A stretch of 64,000 bases of DNA from a virus: positions 38,928 through 102,927 of the IMG/VR virus record IMGVR_UViG_3300028800_000006; one strand, given 5' to 3'. Within the stretch, counting starts at the first letter, position 1. Every line of letters begins with the position of its first letter. The notes below the pieces were generated by a model. The model was not told the origin of the DNA and made no database searches. It worked only from the letters and a program-made list of their open reading frames with translations. The translations under genes were made by a program, and so were the position numbers. This document shows positions 10,313 to 20,228 of the stretch, one piece after another.

Positions 10313-11044
10313 TTAGGTGTCCTCATCAAACGCGCGGTTCACCTTGGCCCGCGCTTCGTCGGTGGTGTGCATGTACCCGAACGTCGTCGCCAGCGCTGCG
10401 TGACCGACGCGCTCTTGAATGGCTGGCGGCGGCGTCCCTTTGTTCAGCATGTGCGTGACCGCGCTGTGCCGCAGGATGTGCGGGAAGTGGAACTCGGAGG
10501 GGATGCCAGCGGCTGTGAACACCGCGACCACGAGGTGCCGAACCTCGTGTCGGGTCATCCCCCAGCGCTTCCCGCTCGCGTGGCAGTGAGGGCAGGGGGC
10601 CAGCCGAGACTCACTGGCGCCGCCCCGTTTCCGCTTCTTGACGGTGAGCGCTCCCTTGCCGGCACAGGGGTAGCAGTCGCCAGGTCGCGCCGATGGGAAC
10701 ACGTAGCCGTGCTGTGCAGCCTCGACGAACGTGCGCTTCGGCAGCCAGGCGCGGAGGGCCTCGCGGCAGGCGTTCGCGAGCGGCTGTGGTTCAGGTTCGA
10801 GGCCGCCTTTCAAATGGGTCAACATCACGGTGCCGTTGTGCAGATCCACGTCGGTGATGCGTGCACAGCCGGGCTCGCTGGCGCGACTGCCGTTTGTGAA
10901 GAGCCATTCGATCATCGCGTGCGCGAGGGGGCTGTGGGCGCGAGCGGCAGCGCGGATCTTCTGCAGATCGCCAGCACCGAGCACAGCGCGCTTTTTGCGG
11001 ACCTTTTGGGGTTTGCGGGTCATCCGCGGCTCAGGCGCTGCCAC
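10313..11044 (-). CDS. Tyrosine recombinase (catalytic domain only) with inserted CxxCxGxG zinc finger
   Basis: GSRASE (Arg), LKGG (Lys), HILRHS, VGH and TTFGY (Tyr). Confidence 0.85.
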   Translation of the reverse strand: MAAPEPRMTRKPQKVRKKRAVLGAGDLQKIRAAARAHSPLAHAMIEWLFTNGSRASEPGCARITDVDLHNGTVMLTHLKGGLEPEPQPLANACREALRAWLPKRTFVEAAQHGYVFPSARPGDCYPCAGKGALTVKKRKRGGASESRLAPCPHCHASGKRWGMTRHEVRHLVVAVFTAAGIPSEFHFPHILRHSAVTHMLNKGTPPPAIQERVGHAALATTFGYMHTTDEARAKVNRAFDEDT

Positions 11045-11730
11045 TGGTTTCTGCCCTTGGGGGTGTCCGCAAAGCGTTGCTTCCGCAGCACGGACAGATA
11101 GTGCGAAACGGAGCGGCGCGCGACGCCAGCCTTGTCAGCAATCTGCGCAAACGGCTGCGGTGCATCTGTGAGCGCATCATACACACGCTGGATGTCCCCC
11201 ATGCCCCTCGGTCTACGCGGAGCACGCGCGGGCTTAGCCGGTGCTTGTCCATCTTGCGTCTGCACGATCGGCTGTGCTTTGCCTGTCACGATCTCCGTGA
11301 GTGCACGGTGCAAGCGTGCTAGTTGCGTCTGTGAGGTGTGCAATTCCGCCCGTGCTGCCTCTACCCGCCGCTGAGCCAGCAGGTGGCGCGCTTCTGCTTC
11401 CACGACAGCACGCGCCGCGAGCATTAGGGGTGCTTCTTGGGAAGTGGGCTCAGGCAGCGGCTCGGGCAACGGCTCAGGCAGCGGGGTAGCGGCCTCCACT
11501 GCCGCCACTTCAGCAGAACTCAAACGTGCACCCAAGCGGCTGAAAACAGCCTCGCGGGCAGCGTGTTCACGCTCACCGCCGAATCGAACAGTAGCGCCGC
11601 ACGCCCCACACGTCACTGTGATTGGTCCATCAGGGGCGGTCCAGGATGGGCGCTCATCAGCCTCTGCGTGTAGACACGGAGAAGATGTGGTTTGGGTGCC
11701 GGAGACTCCTGCAAATAGATTATCGTTCAT
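11020..11730 (-). CDS. Zinc-ribbon/coiled-coil protein with C-terminal HTH
   Basis: CGAC motif; FAQIADKAGVARRSVSHYLSVL. Confidence 0.6.
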   Translation of the reverse strand: MNDNLFAGVSGTQTTSSPCLHAEADERPSWTAPDGPITVTCGACGATVRFGGEREHAAREAVFSRLGARLSSAEVAAVEAATPLPEPLPEPLPEPTSQEAPLMLAARAVVEAEARHLLAQRRVEAARAELHTSQTQLARLHRALTEIVTGKAQPIVQTQDGQAPAKPARAPRRPRGMGDIQRVYDALTDAPQPFAQIADKAGVARRSVSHYLSVLRKQRFADTPKGRNQWQRLSRG

Positions 11731-11968
11731 TTTCGGCCGTTCCTTTCTTGTCGTTATCTGTTTTGGTCTCTATGCGTGACACGGAGTAGGCATCAGCCGC
11801 CGCCTTTCGCTCTTCCGCGGCTTGGCTCTTCTGGAACTTCCAGATGCGGTTCAGGTGAGCGGCCCGTGGGAGTCCTGTGGGCTGCTTGCAGAATTCGCCC
11901 GGCGTGGCCCGGCAGGTGGGGCAGGCGACAGCCAGGGCGGGCGTCTTGGACGGACGTGGGTTGGGCAT
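11720..11968 (-). CDS. Small phage zinc-finger protein
   Basis: CPTCRATPGEFC...HLNR. Confidence 0.65.
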   Translation of the reverse strand: MPNPRPSKTPALAVACPTCRATPGEFCKQPTGLPRAAHLNRIWKFQKSQAAEERKAAADAYSVSRIETKTDNDKKGTAENER

Positions 11969-12462
11969 CAGCGTGGCTCCTTTTTCGCGCGTCGCCTCTG
12001 CAGCGCGCCATGATGCTCGTCGAACTCACGGCGGTTCGCGAACACATCTTTGCTCTTCCCGACCTTCGTCTGCAGCTCGGACACGAACGTGTTCCGCGAG
12101 ATCTTGCAGGTGTTGTTCATCATGATGAGGCTACCAACGCAGTAGGGCGCAGCGTCCACCGCGGTCTCGAAGTCGGCGCCTTCCGTTTCGAGCTTGTTCA
12201 CGGCCATGTGACAGGGGAACTTCCCATCAGCCATGACGATGTCCGTGATCTCGCTCGGGTGGCCGTGCGCGCCGATCCAGCCGGCAGGGGCAGCTCGGCG
12301 GAACGGGCAGTCACCGCACGGTTTGGTGGGATGCCCTGACTTCGACGAAGGCTCGAAGATCTGCGGCTCGTAGTCGAGGCAGTAGCAGCCGGGGATGGTG
12401 CACTTCTGGAAGAAGCCGCTCTCGTGCTCGTCTGGCGCGTGGCCACAGGTGCAGTCGGTCAT
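11968..12462 (-). CDS. Cys-rich protein (DUF6283-like)
   Basis: PCGDCPFRR...FPCH...CVG. Confidence 0.55.
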   Translation of the reverse strand: MTDCTCGHAPDEHESGFFQKCTIPGCYCLDYEPQIFEPSSKSGHPTKPCGDCPFRRAAPAGWIGAHGHPSEITDIVMADGKFPCHMAVNKLETEGADFETAVDAAPYCVGSLIMMNNTCKISRNTFVSELQTKVGKSKDVFANRREFDEHHGALQRRRAKKEPR

Positions 12463-12782
12463 CGCTTCGGCTCCGTCCGCTTGATGCACGCGTCGTTCAG
12501 CTCCCACATCTGGTCACTTCCGATCGGCCCCGCAGTGCCGTCCTTCCACGGGCTCTCTCCGACGAGGGCCGTCGCTGCGCTGAGCGCCTTCGCTTCGGGG
12601 CTGCCGACGATGAGATGTCCAGGCATCCAGCGCCGGCCCTCGTCAGTGATGATAAGCGTGCGCGTTGAAACAGACGACGGACGCCCGTACGCCACGCGGA
12701 ACAGATCTCCAGCGCGGCCGATGACATGGGCGTGCTTGATCTTGAGCCCGGTCGGAATCGTGATGGGGTCGCCGACGTTCAT
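12459..12782 (-). CDS. EGxxW-motif paralog family member (divergent)
   Basis: MNVGDPITI...DEGRRWMPGHLIVGSPEAKALSAATAL. Confidence 0.7.
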   Translation of the reverse strand: MNVGDPITIPTGLKIKHAHVIGRAGDLFRVAYGRPSSVSTRTLIITDEGRRWMPGHLIVGSPEAKALSAATALVGESPWKDGTAGPIGSDQMWELNDACIKRTEPKR

Positions 12783-13838
12783 GGCGTCCGCTCCCCCGCT
12801 GGGCAGCGCAGCTCTTCGAGCATCGCCAGCTTCTCCTTCTCCAGCTCGGCCTCGTCGATCTCGAAGAACTCGGCTAGCAGCTTCCGGAGGTTCACGCCGT
12901 TGAGCGCCGCCACAGCCTTTGCCGCCAGCTCGGGCGTGTCGAGCATGCCCACCAGCACGTCGTCGAGGTAGAGCGTGCGGCCGACCTTTCGACCTACGCG
13001 CCAGCGAGTGGTGGGCGTGGTGGCCGGCGCCTGGTCGATCGGGCGTCCGCGGACCCACCGACACGGCCGGCAGTTCCGCATCTCGTGGGCTTCACACACG
13101 CGGGGAACCACGGTCGAATCGCTCATAGGCGTACCTCCCTCTTCCGGTGTTTCCGTTCATCTTCGAGAGCCCTCAGCTGCAGCGCCAGACCGGCGACTGT
13201 GGCTGACGCTTCGGCTTGGGCGCCCTCGGCGTAGTACGTGGCCATCTCTCCGCTGACGCCAGCAGAGAAAGACGCGTCCATCTCGTCCTGCGCCGCTTCG
13301 AGCTTCCGCTGCGTCAGCTTGATCGCGTTGGTCAAGTGCAGGTCGGTCATGTCCTGCAGACGGATACGCTCGCCGGTGCGCGTGGTCCAGGTGGTCATGA
13401 CGCCACCCCCGCCAAGCGAGCCTCGGCCGCCTCGGCACGCGCCAGCGCTTCCCCGAGCTGTCCCTGCAGCGAGCCGATCTTCGTCCTGGCCGCCTCATAC
13501 TCCTTCTTGAGTGCCTCCAGCTCGGTGGCCAGGGTGATGCTGCGGCCTCGCCAGTAGGTGTTGTCCTTCTTCACCGCGGCGACGCGCGTCTCGGCCAGGG
13601 CCAGCGCGGTCTCATACTGGGCAGGCAACAGCAGGAGGCTATCGAGCAGCCGCGTGAGCGCCTCGTGCCCGAGCCGAAAGGCGCAGTCCTCGCGGTGCCA
13701 GGCCCATGGGACGTCAGCGTCTATACCCACCACCGATGGGATGCGGCCGTCACAGCACGCGCCGTCGTTCCGGGTGCTCTCCACGGTGAGGGCGGCGAGC
13801 AGCTTCGTCAGCGCCTCCCGATCGGTTGAGGTGATCAT
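12779..13838 (-). other. Three hypothetical genes (12779-13126, 13123-13398, 13395-13838), coiled-coil rich
   Basis: ATGA/GTGA-coupled ORFs with purine-rich RBSs. Confidence 0.6.
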
Positions 13839-14329
13839 CGCCGTGCTTCTTTCTGGGCAGCCTCGTATGCTGCACGGAGCGCCTTGACGTCGGCGCTGTC
13901 CGGCGCGTGGTGGCCTCGAATCCAGGTGACGCCTTCGTCGCCGAGACGGAAGCCGCCACCACCACGCCCTGTGATGGTGAGCCTGCCACTTCCTTCGGGA
14001 GAACCGTTCAGGTACGTGAGCGGCCCGCAGTACGCAGGCCCTTCGGGCTCGGTGTGGGGGCGTGCATCCAGTTCCTGCTCTGTGCAGAAGATGACCATCT
14101 TGGCAAGCTCGTGGCGAAGCTTGACCAAGCTCGGGTTGAACGTGAGCAAGAGCAGCCCGCTGGCTTGATGTGCCGCCTGTGCAAAGGCGGTAGCGCGGCG
14201 GTCGTCGGCCTCGCGCCGGTTCCGCACCTCATCCATCAGGCTGGCGGCGAGCTGCTTCACTTCGAGCTGCTCCTGCGTTTGGGCCTCGGAAACGCCCTTC
14301 TTGACGCCCTTCCGTTTCGCTTGCATCAT
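13835..14329 (-). CDS. Protein with C-terminal EGxxW motif fused to an unrelated helical N-terminus
   Basis: GDEGVTWIRGHHAPDSADVKALRAAY; promoter TTGCGC-N18-TAGGGT-N7-ATG on the minus strand. Confidence 0.7.
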   Translation of the reverse strand: MMQAKRKGVKKGVSEAQTQEQLEVKQLAASLMDEVRNRREADDRRATAFAQAAHQASGLLLLTFNPSLVKLRHELAKMVIFCTEQELDARPHTEPEGPAYCGPLTYLNGSPEGSGRLTITGRGGGGFRLGDEGVTWIRGHHAPDSADVKALRAAYEAAQKEARR

Positions 14330-14440
14330 GGGAGGCACCCTAGCGCAAAATATATGTATTGCGCAAGATAAAGTTCGCTATAGCAAACTTTACGCTTTGC
14401 GTCGTTGACAGCCGGCGGCCGATCGGGCACCGTATGAGGC
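14330..14440. promoter_or_regulatory. Divergent promoter/operator region
   Basis: AT-rich island; near-perfect palindrome TAAAGTTCGCTATAGCAAACTTTA (14369-14392); plus-strand TTGACA-N17-CACCGT-N7-ATG. Confidence 0.7.
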
Positions 14441-15466
14441 ATGCCCAACTCAAGCGATTTTTCCCACAGCGACGTAAATGGTGTTGTCTCCTATCTGAAC
14501 CGTCCTGTCGCGGCGCGTGCGCGCCGCGGATGGACACCGGTTGATGGGGGACATCCCGCGGCCATCATGAAGGCCGTACGTGCAGCCATCTTCGACGTTC
14601 CGAACAACGCCAGCGCGGGAGATCTTCGCCGCGTGATCGTGGCGTATCTGACATGAGCCCGCAGGCAATGAAGCCCACCCCGGAGATGCTTTCGGAGGCC
14701 GAACAGACCTGGGTCCGGGTCCTGGCCCAGGAGCTGTACGGACAGTCAGCCGCTGAGATCCAGACGGCCTTGAAGGACAAGCACCCGCCGCGGGTCATTG
14801 GCGCAGTCATCCGTGAGGCTGGCGGGCGGTGACGAAGGCCGAGGCGCGACGGAACATCTATAGGTGCCTTGCGTTGCTAACTGACCCCGCAGCCGGGCAC
14901 GAGAACGACTTCTTGTACTCCGACCAGAAAGGCAACGAATACTCGGAGGCGGACACGAAACGACTGACAGAGGCGCTGGAGCACATCGTTGCCGGCTTCT
15001 ACAGGAAAGCCAGCACGCTTCGATGACCCTCCGCCGAGATAAAGACGTCGTCAACGACGCCTGTGTGAAGGCGCTCCGCATGGAGCCGCAGCTGGCCCAG
15101 AAGCTGTGCGAAGAGGCTCGCCTGCTCGCGCCGCGGTTCGTCCACCGAAAGTCTAAGGGTGACGTGGCCGAGTTCTCGCGCTCGCTCATCCGCCGCGGGC
15201 TCGGGTGGTCACACGAGCAGTCTGAGCTGATGGAAGCGACCGAGCTGAAGCCTAAGCGCGTCGGTGGCCTGACGATGGAGCCTGCCGTGCATCGCCGCCT
15301 GACCGAGCTGGCCCAGCGGCACTTCGGTGGCGGTGTGGCCTCGGCCGCGCGGCACCTGCTGCGCCTGGGCTTGGGCATGAACGAAGGAGAGTCGCTGCGG
15401 CGCGAGGAGAAGTTCGCATCGTTGGCGGCAGCGATCCGCGAGGTGCGGGAGGCGCATGAGGGATGA
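14441..15466 (+). other. Four small genes (14441-14656, 14653-14832, 14829-15026, 15023-15466); the last has a ribbon-helix-helix-like segment
   Basis: Coupled ORFs; GLTMEPAVHRRLTELAQRHFGGGVASAARHLL. Confidence 0.55.
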
Positions 15467-15616
15467 GCGCGTTGGTCAAAGGGGCGCCGCTGACAATGGT
15501 GGCGCTGGATCAGAACACGAAAGCAACGATACTGATCGACGCTGCCGTGTGCTTCGTTCCGACGTGCGGGCACGACGGATTACTGTGGTTGGTGTTCCCG
15601 CACGTGCATTGAACCG

Positions 15617-15853
15617 ATGAGCGAGCTGAAGCCAGGGGACGGAATAACCGTGATGGAGCACTGGCACATCAACTACGCCACAGTCACGGACGTCTCCGCC
15701 GCCGATTTTAGTGCCGCCTACGTCAGCCTGCCTGGCTGGTCGTGCAAGCTAGGTTTCCAACTCGAAGGAACGCTGTGGATCCGTGGGCACCATGCAGATG
15801 GCTCAGACGATGTTCAGGCTCTGCGGGCCGCCTACTTATTGACCCGCCGCTAG
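15617..15853 (+). CDS. EGxxW-motif paralog family member
   Basis: LKPGDGITV...LEGTLWIRGHHADGSDDVQALRAAYLL. Confidence 0.75.
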   Translation: MSELKPGDGITVMEHWHINYATVTDVSAADFSAAYVSLPGWSCKLGFQLEGTLWIRGHHADGSDDVQALRAAYLLTRR

Positions 15854-15874
15854 TTAACTGGCAGCATCCTCTGC

Positions 15875-16138
15875 ATGCCCAAGCAGACCATCCCGGACTC
15901 GGTCAAGAAGGTCACAGACACCGTTCACGTGCAGAAGGCTGAGGTCACGCTGCCGATCGACGCGTTCCAGACCATCTCGGTGCAGGACTACAAAGACGCG
16001 CTCGCGGTCATCCAGCTCGTGCGTGACTCCGCTCTGGCTGTGCTGGAAGTCGACGAGGACAACGCTGACGTCACTGCCGTGGAGTACAAGCTGGTCGGTG
16101 GAGACGCGGCCGTGACGGTCACGCAGGTGAACACGTAG
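15875..16138 (+). CDS. Acidic hypothetical protein
   Basis: Promoter TTGACC-N17-CAGCAT-N7-ATG. Confidence 0.65.
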   Translation: MPKQTIPDSVKKVTDTVHVQKAEVTLPIDAFQTISVQDYKDALAVIQLVRDSALAVLEVDEDNADVTAVEYKLVGGDAAVTVTQVNT

Positions 16139-16142
16139 CTGC

Positions 16143-16376
16143 ATGGTTGCCATTGGGGGCAAGATTACGGTGGTCGCAGCCTCCGACTCCTCCTTCACGC
16201 TCGTAAAGGAAATTCTAGACATCTCCACAATCGGTGCATTCGTTGCTGGAGTGGGTGGGACACGCGTCTGGTACCACCCGGAACATGAGGGTGTGCACTG
16301 GATTCACGGTAGCCACCTGCCTACGTCGTGCGAAGTGCAGGCGATGCTGGCCGCGCACAGGCTGGTGAGCGAATGA
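16143..16376 (+). CDS. EGxxW-motif paralog family member
   Basis: EHEGVHWIHGSHLPTSCEVQAMLAAHRL. Confidence 0.75.
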   Translation: MVAIGGKITVVAASDSSFTLVKEILDISTIGAFVAGVGGTRVWYHPEHEGVHWIHGSHLPTSCEVQAMLAAHRLVSE

Positions 16377-16633
16377 GTCTGCGCGTAGGAGACAAGGTGA
16401 CGACGGTGGTTCCGGGTGTACCTGAAATAGGCACGCTGGTGAAACGCGTGACAGCTGTTCACGAGGACGCCTTTCAGGCCGCGTGGTATCCTGACCACGC
16501 GGCCAGTAGCCCAGGACCATCGTTCGGCTACCTTCTCGAAAACGAAGGCGTGCAGTGGATTTCTGGCGAACACACGGCAGGGTCTTCGGATGCGATAGCG
16601 CTGCTCGCAGCAAACGTACTGGTGCGCTCTTGA
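16373..16633 (+). CDS. EGxxW-motif paralog family member
   Basis: LRVGDKVTT...ENEGVQWISGEHTAGSSDAIALLAANVL. Confidence 0.75.
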   Translation: MSLRVGDKVTTVVPGVPEIGTLVKRVTAVHEDAFQAAWYPDHAASSPGPSFGYLLENEGVQWISGEHTAGSSDAIALLAANVLVRS

Positions 16634-16911
16634 TTGACATCTGCGTTGGGGACAAAGTTACGATCGTGCTCTCGAACTGGCCTTTAGTGGTCCACAAGTA
16701 CGTGACGCGTGTTGATCCTGGCGGCGGGTTTGTCGTTGATCATGAAATGAACGAGCACCGAGATAACGAGGGTGTCGAGTGGATTCGTGGCCACCACGCA
16801 GGCAACTCTGATGACGTGCGCGCGTGCCTTGCTGCACGAGCGCTTGTGCGCGAGGACGCTGTGCCTCACCACCGCGATCCTGATGAGCTAACCTGGCTCG
16901 AACGCCAATGA
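16630..16911 (+). CDS. EGxxW-motif paralog family member
   Basis: ICVGDKVTIV...DNEGVEWIRGHHAGNSDDVRACLAARAL. Confidence 0.75.
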   Translation: MIDICVGDKVTIVLSNWPLVVHKYVTRVDPGGGFVVDHEMNEHRDNEGVEWIRGHHAGNSDDVRACLAARALVREDAVPHHRDPDELTWLERQ

Positions 16912-17774
16912 GTGCTCTGCACGCCCTCTTCATCTGTGACCCAAACTGGTCCACCGGGCATGTCGTGCGCGGCCTGGCTGCCACTGTGCCTTCCGCACTG
17001 CACGTCGAGCTGCACGACTGGCGGCAGCCGTACACCGACTCCGATCACGACGCCGTGATCTGCATGTCTATCACCGGGCCAGCGCGCAATCCCGGCTGGC
17101 GCACGCCGCGCATCGCCTCGGTGCTGAGCGGCCCCGGAGAGATGCTCCTGGACGAGGTGAAGCCTCTCGTGTTCGAGCCTGGCGTCGTCCTGGCCGGCGT
17201 CAGCAACGAGTGCGCTGAACTTCTCCGCGCGGCCTACCCTCAAGCTGCCACTGTCTCCACCACACCTGGATTTGCCCACCCTACCAACTTCGTCTGGCGT
17301 GACCGCCGCGGGCCCATTCGACGGGCCGGCTTCGTTGGCCGATCCACCACGCAGCATATGCAGGTGAGCGGCCCGGTGAAGCGCCCCGAGATGTTCAAGA
17401 AGATCTGCGAGGCGGCGGATGTCGAGCCGGTCTTCACCGAGCAGGACTACCGCTTCGAGGACATGCAGCGGTTCTATGATTCGGTGGACGTGGTCATCTC
17501 GACCAGCTCGGCCGAGGGGGGCCCGTTCAGCCCAATCGAGTCCATCGCGTGCGGCGTGCCAGCGCTCTCCACTGACGTCGGGATCATCCACGACATGGAG
17601 CTGCCGGGCCGGTTCGAGACCATCGAGGAGGCCGCCACGCTAGTGAAGCACGCTCGTGGGTTCCTGCCTGCGCAGCGCGAGGCTGCTGCTGCACACGCAG
17701 TGGAGGCTGTTTCGTCGTGGATGGCCTTCATCACCCACGCGGCTGCTGTCCGCTCAGCCGAAGACCAGCAATGA
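16908..17774 (+). CDS. Glycosyltransferase (GT4-like)
   Basis: GFVGR, VKRPE, FYDSVDVVISTSSAEGGPFSPIESIACGVPALSTDVG. Confidence 0.85.
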   Translation: MSALHALFICDPNWSTGHVVRGLAATVPSALHVELHDWRQPYTDSDHDAVICMSITGPARNPGWRTPRIASVLSGPGEMLLDEVKPLVFEPGVVLAGVSNECAELLRAAYPQAATVSTTPGFAHPTNFVWRDRRGPIRRAGFVGRSTTQHMQVSGPVKRPEMFKKICEAADVEPVFTEQDYRFEDMQRFYDSVDVVISTSSAEGGPFSPIESIACGVPALSTDVGIIHDMELPGRFETIEEAATLVKHARGFLPAQREAAAAHAVEAVSSWMAFITHAAAVRSAEDQQ

Positions 17775-18476
17775 CCACGGATGCACGCTGTAGTACCGGC
17801 GTGCATCAAACTGATCGGAGACGGTTCCGTCGTCTGTCCACGCGATACGCGTCTCCCACTCCTGGCCGCCCACCACACTGGTCTGGTAGAACAGCGGCTC
17901 TCCGAGGGCGAACACCTCGTGGTGCACGGCTAGCTTGCACGAGATCGTGTCGCAAGGCTCTCGCGTCGAGCAGCTCTCAATCATCGCCCGTGTGTAGGCC
18001 AACGCGTGCCGGAACGTCAAGAACAGCACCGCGTGCGCGGTCAGCATGTTGTAGACCCGCTGCAGGTGCGGATACTCGACACACCGCCTGCGCATGATCT
18101 CGTAGTGATAGTCGTTTGCGTCGGGGCGGCACGCAGCTCGCGAGATCCCAAGGTAGACCGCGTCAGCGTCGTCGGGAAATGAAATGGTGAGTGGGTCCGG
18201 ACCAGCCGGAGCTGGGCTGGTCCTCCACGCCACGTCGTCCTCCATCAGGACGAAGGGCTCGAACCGGCCAGGCGTCATACGGTTCACGGCGTGCTCGATG
18301 ACCTTGGCATGGCCGAGCGGCGCCAGGACGCGCAGATCAGGATTGTCGAGTAGCTTTGGCGGCGTCCCATCCACGCGTTCGTGGCGAAAGCCCTGCAGCA
18401 CGGTGTTCATATGCTCGCGCCGGTGCTCACGCCCGTTAAGCCAGTAGAACGGCACGGTGCGCAGATCGATCTGCAT
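17754..18476 (-). CDS. Glycosyltransferase (GT25-like)
   Basis: RREHM...ERVDG, LGH, LMEDDV, VYLG, MLTAHAVLF. Confidence 0.7.
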   Translation of the reverse strand: MQIDLRTVPFYWLNGREHRREHMNTVLQGFRHERVDGTPPKLLDNPDLRVLAPLGHAKVIEHAVNRMTPGRFEPFVLMEDDVAWRTSPAPAGPDPLTISFPDDADAVYLGISRAACRPDANDYHYEIMRRRCVEYPHLQRVYNMLTAHAVLFLTFRHALAYTRAMIESCSTREPCDTISCKLAVHHEVFALGEPLFYQTSVVGGQEWETRIAWTDDGTVSDQFDARRYYSVHPWSLLVFG

Positions 18477-19060
18477 CAGCGCGGCGTGAGCGGCTTGGTC
18501 AGCGTGAAGATGAGATCAGAGGCTCCCTCGATGTAGTTCTGCATCGCCTCCTGGATGAAGGCGTCGTTGCGCCCGGCGAAGCGCCCGTCGCCGTTCGGCA
18601 CCGTCCCACCCCCGGCGTCGAAGTCACACGTGTACTCTGTGTTGTGCGGTGCGTTTACGGCACGCCATTCCTTCCGCAGGTAGTACGTCCAGAAGAAGAC
18701 GACGGGGGGCCACTTGTGCGTCATGTCGCCGTAGGAGCGCTGGGAGGCCCACCAAGGCACGGTGATCGTAGCCTTGCCACCAGGCTTCAGCACGCGGAAT
18801 GCCTCGTTGGCGAAGTGCACGCGCTCATCCGGCTCCAGGTGCTCCAAGAAGTGGCTGCTGTGGATCTCCTCCACGCTGTTGTCTTCCCACGGCCACGGCT
18901 TGAATGGGACCGACGCCGCGTTGTGCTTCACGTCCGTCTCTCGCGCTGCCACGTCCAGCACGACGTCCACGCCAGGGAAGCTCATCTTGTCCACGCCGGT
19001 CCAGTCAGGGCCACACTTTCGAGTGCCACATCCAATATCTAAGCGCATGGTCTTCGTCAC
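18476..19060 (-). CDS. Class I SAM-dependent methyltransferase
   Basis: LDIGCG, SHFLEHL, RVLKPGG. Confidence 0.85.
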   Translation of the reverse strand: MTKTMRLDIGCGTRKCGPDWTGVDKMSFPGVDVVLDVAARETDVKHNAASVPFKPWPWEDNSVEEIHSSHFLEHLEPDERVHFANEAFRVLKPGGKATITVPWWASQRSYGDMTHKWPPVVFFWTYYLRKEWRAVNAPHNTEYTCDFDAGGGTVPNGDGRFAGRNDAFIQEAMQNYIEGASDLIFTLTKPLTPR

Positions 19061-19123
19061 CTCTTTCGTTTCATGTACGCCAGAACGGCAGCAGTGTGTT
19101 TTTCGTACCAGCCCAGGAAGCGC

Positions 19124-19861
19124 TCACCAGATCTTGCCGGCCGGGCCGAACTTTCCATCGAAGTCGAGGTGGCCTACTCGGACGGAGCAGTCAACGCCGC
19201 ATCTGTAGCCGTACTGCCGCGCGTTTGACCAGAAAAATAGGTCTTGAGTGCTCATACCACCCACCGTCTGCGTCTTGAACCAGGGCTGGCGCAACTTGGT
19301 GTCCTTGAACATGCCCAGCCGGAACAGCGTGAAGCCCATCCCGAGGCCGCAGCACTCGACGAGCCCACCGGCCGGATCCGGCAGCTGCGGCCGGAAGTTC
19401 AGCGCCGGATCGCGCGGGTCGCCCCAGATCTGACACACCCCACCGGGCCCCTTCGTGAAGTAGCACCCACCGATCGCACTCAGCTCGGGGTGCTGTTCCA
19501 TCCGCTCCACGAGCTTGATCACCCCATCAGGCGGCGGCAGGTTGTCGTGCTCGATGGTAAGCACGTACTCCCACTCGCGCAGGTTCGGCTCGTTCAAGAT
19601 GCCCTGGACGGCTGAGCTGTATGCGTCGCCTACCTCCATACCCTGCGCCAGGATGCGCACCACGCCGTTGTTCGGCGGAAAGCCCAGGTTCCACACGCTG
19701 AGCGCTACGGTGGCCGGGATGAGGCCCGCCGCGGGCATGACGACGACGATCCGTTGCTGCTTCCAGCTGCCGCCCTTCATCAGGCGAGCCCGGGTGCCAT
19801 CGAGATCTGCGTTATTCGCGCCGCCGAGGTCTTGAACGATCAAGCTCACGGAGGCGGACAA
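19124..19861 (-). CDS. Glycosyltransferase (GT-A/GT2-like)
   Basis: YVLTIEHDNLPP, GLGMGFTLF, TQDLFF, VDCSVRVGH; start may be GTG 19850. Confidence 0.75.
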   Translation of the reverse strand: MSASVSLIVQDLGGANNADLDGTRARLMKGGSWKQQRIVVVMPAAGLIPATVALSVWNLGFPPNNGVVRILAQGMEVGDAYSSAVQGILNEPNLREWEYVLTIEHDNLPPPDGVIKLVERMEQHPELSAIGGCYFTKGPGGVCQIWGDPRDPALNFRPQLPDPAGGLVECCGLGMGFTLFRLGMFKDTKLRQPWFKTQTVGGMSTQDLFFWSNARQYGYRCGVDCSVRVGHLDFDGKFGPAGKIW

Positions 19862-19892
19862 TACTACAAGCGCTAGTTATCTGGCAACAGGA

Positions 19893-20219
19893 TCAGACGC
19901 CGCCGCGGGCCGCGATCCACGCACGGAGATTCGCCGTGAGCGCTGCGTTGCCGCGAGCCTCGGCCGCCACAGCCGCCGCGAGGCATTTCGTGTACGTCAG
20001 CGCGTCCGTGGCGCTGAGCTGGCGGCTCGCTTGCACCTGCACGACCACAGCATCGAGCGCCGTGAACGCGTCGGCCTGATCCGCAATGCTCCCAGCCACG
20101 TTGATCGCGTTCCCCTCCCACGGGGCCTTGTGCCACACCAGTTGTGGTGTGCAGACGAGCGCGGCGACCGCCGGCAGCGGAAGCCCGAGAAGAACGGACA
20201 CGATGATGGTCTTCAGCAT
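19893..20219 (-). CDS. Small secreted protein
   Basis: N-terminal signal peptide. Confidence 0.55.
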   Translation of the reverse strand: MLKTIIVSVLLGLPLPAVAALVCTPQLVWHKAPWEGNAINVAGSIADQADAFTALDAVVVQVQASRQLSATDALTYTKCLAAAVAAEARGNAALTANLRAWIAARGGV

Positions 20220-20228
20220 GCCCCTGGT

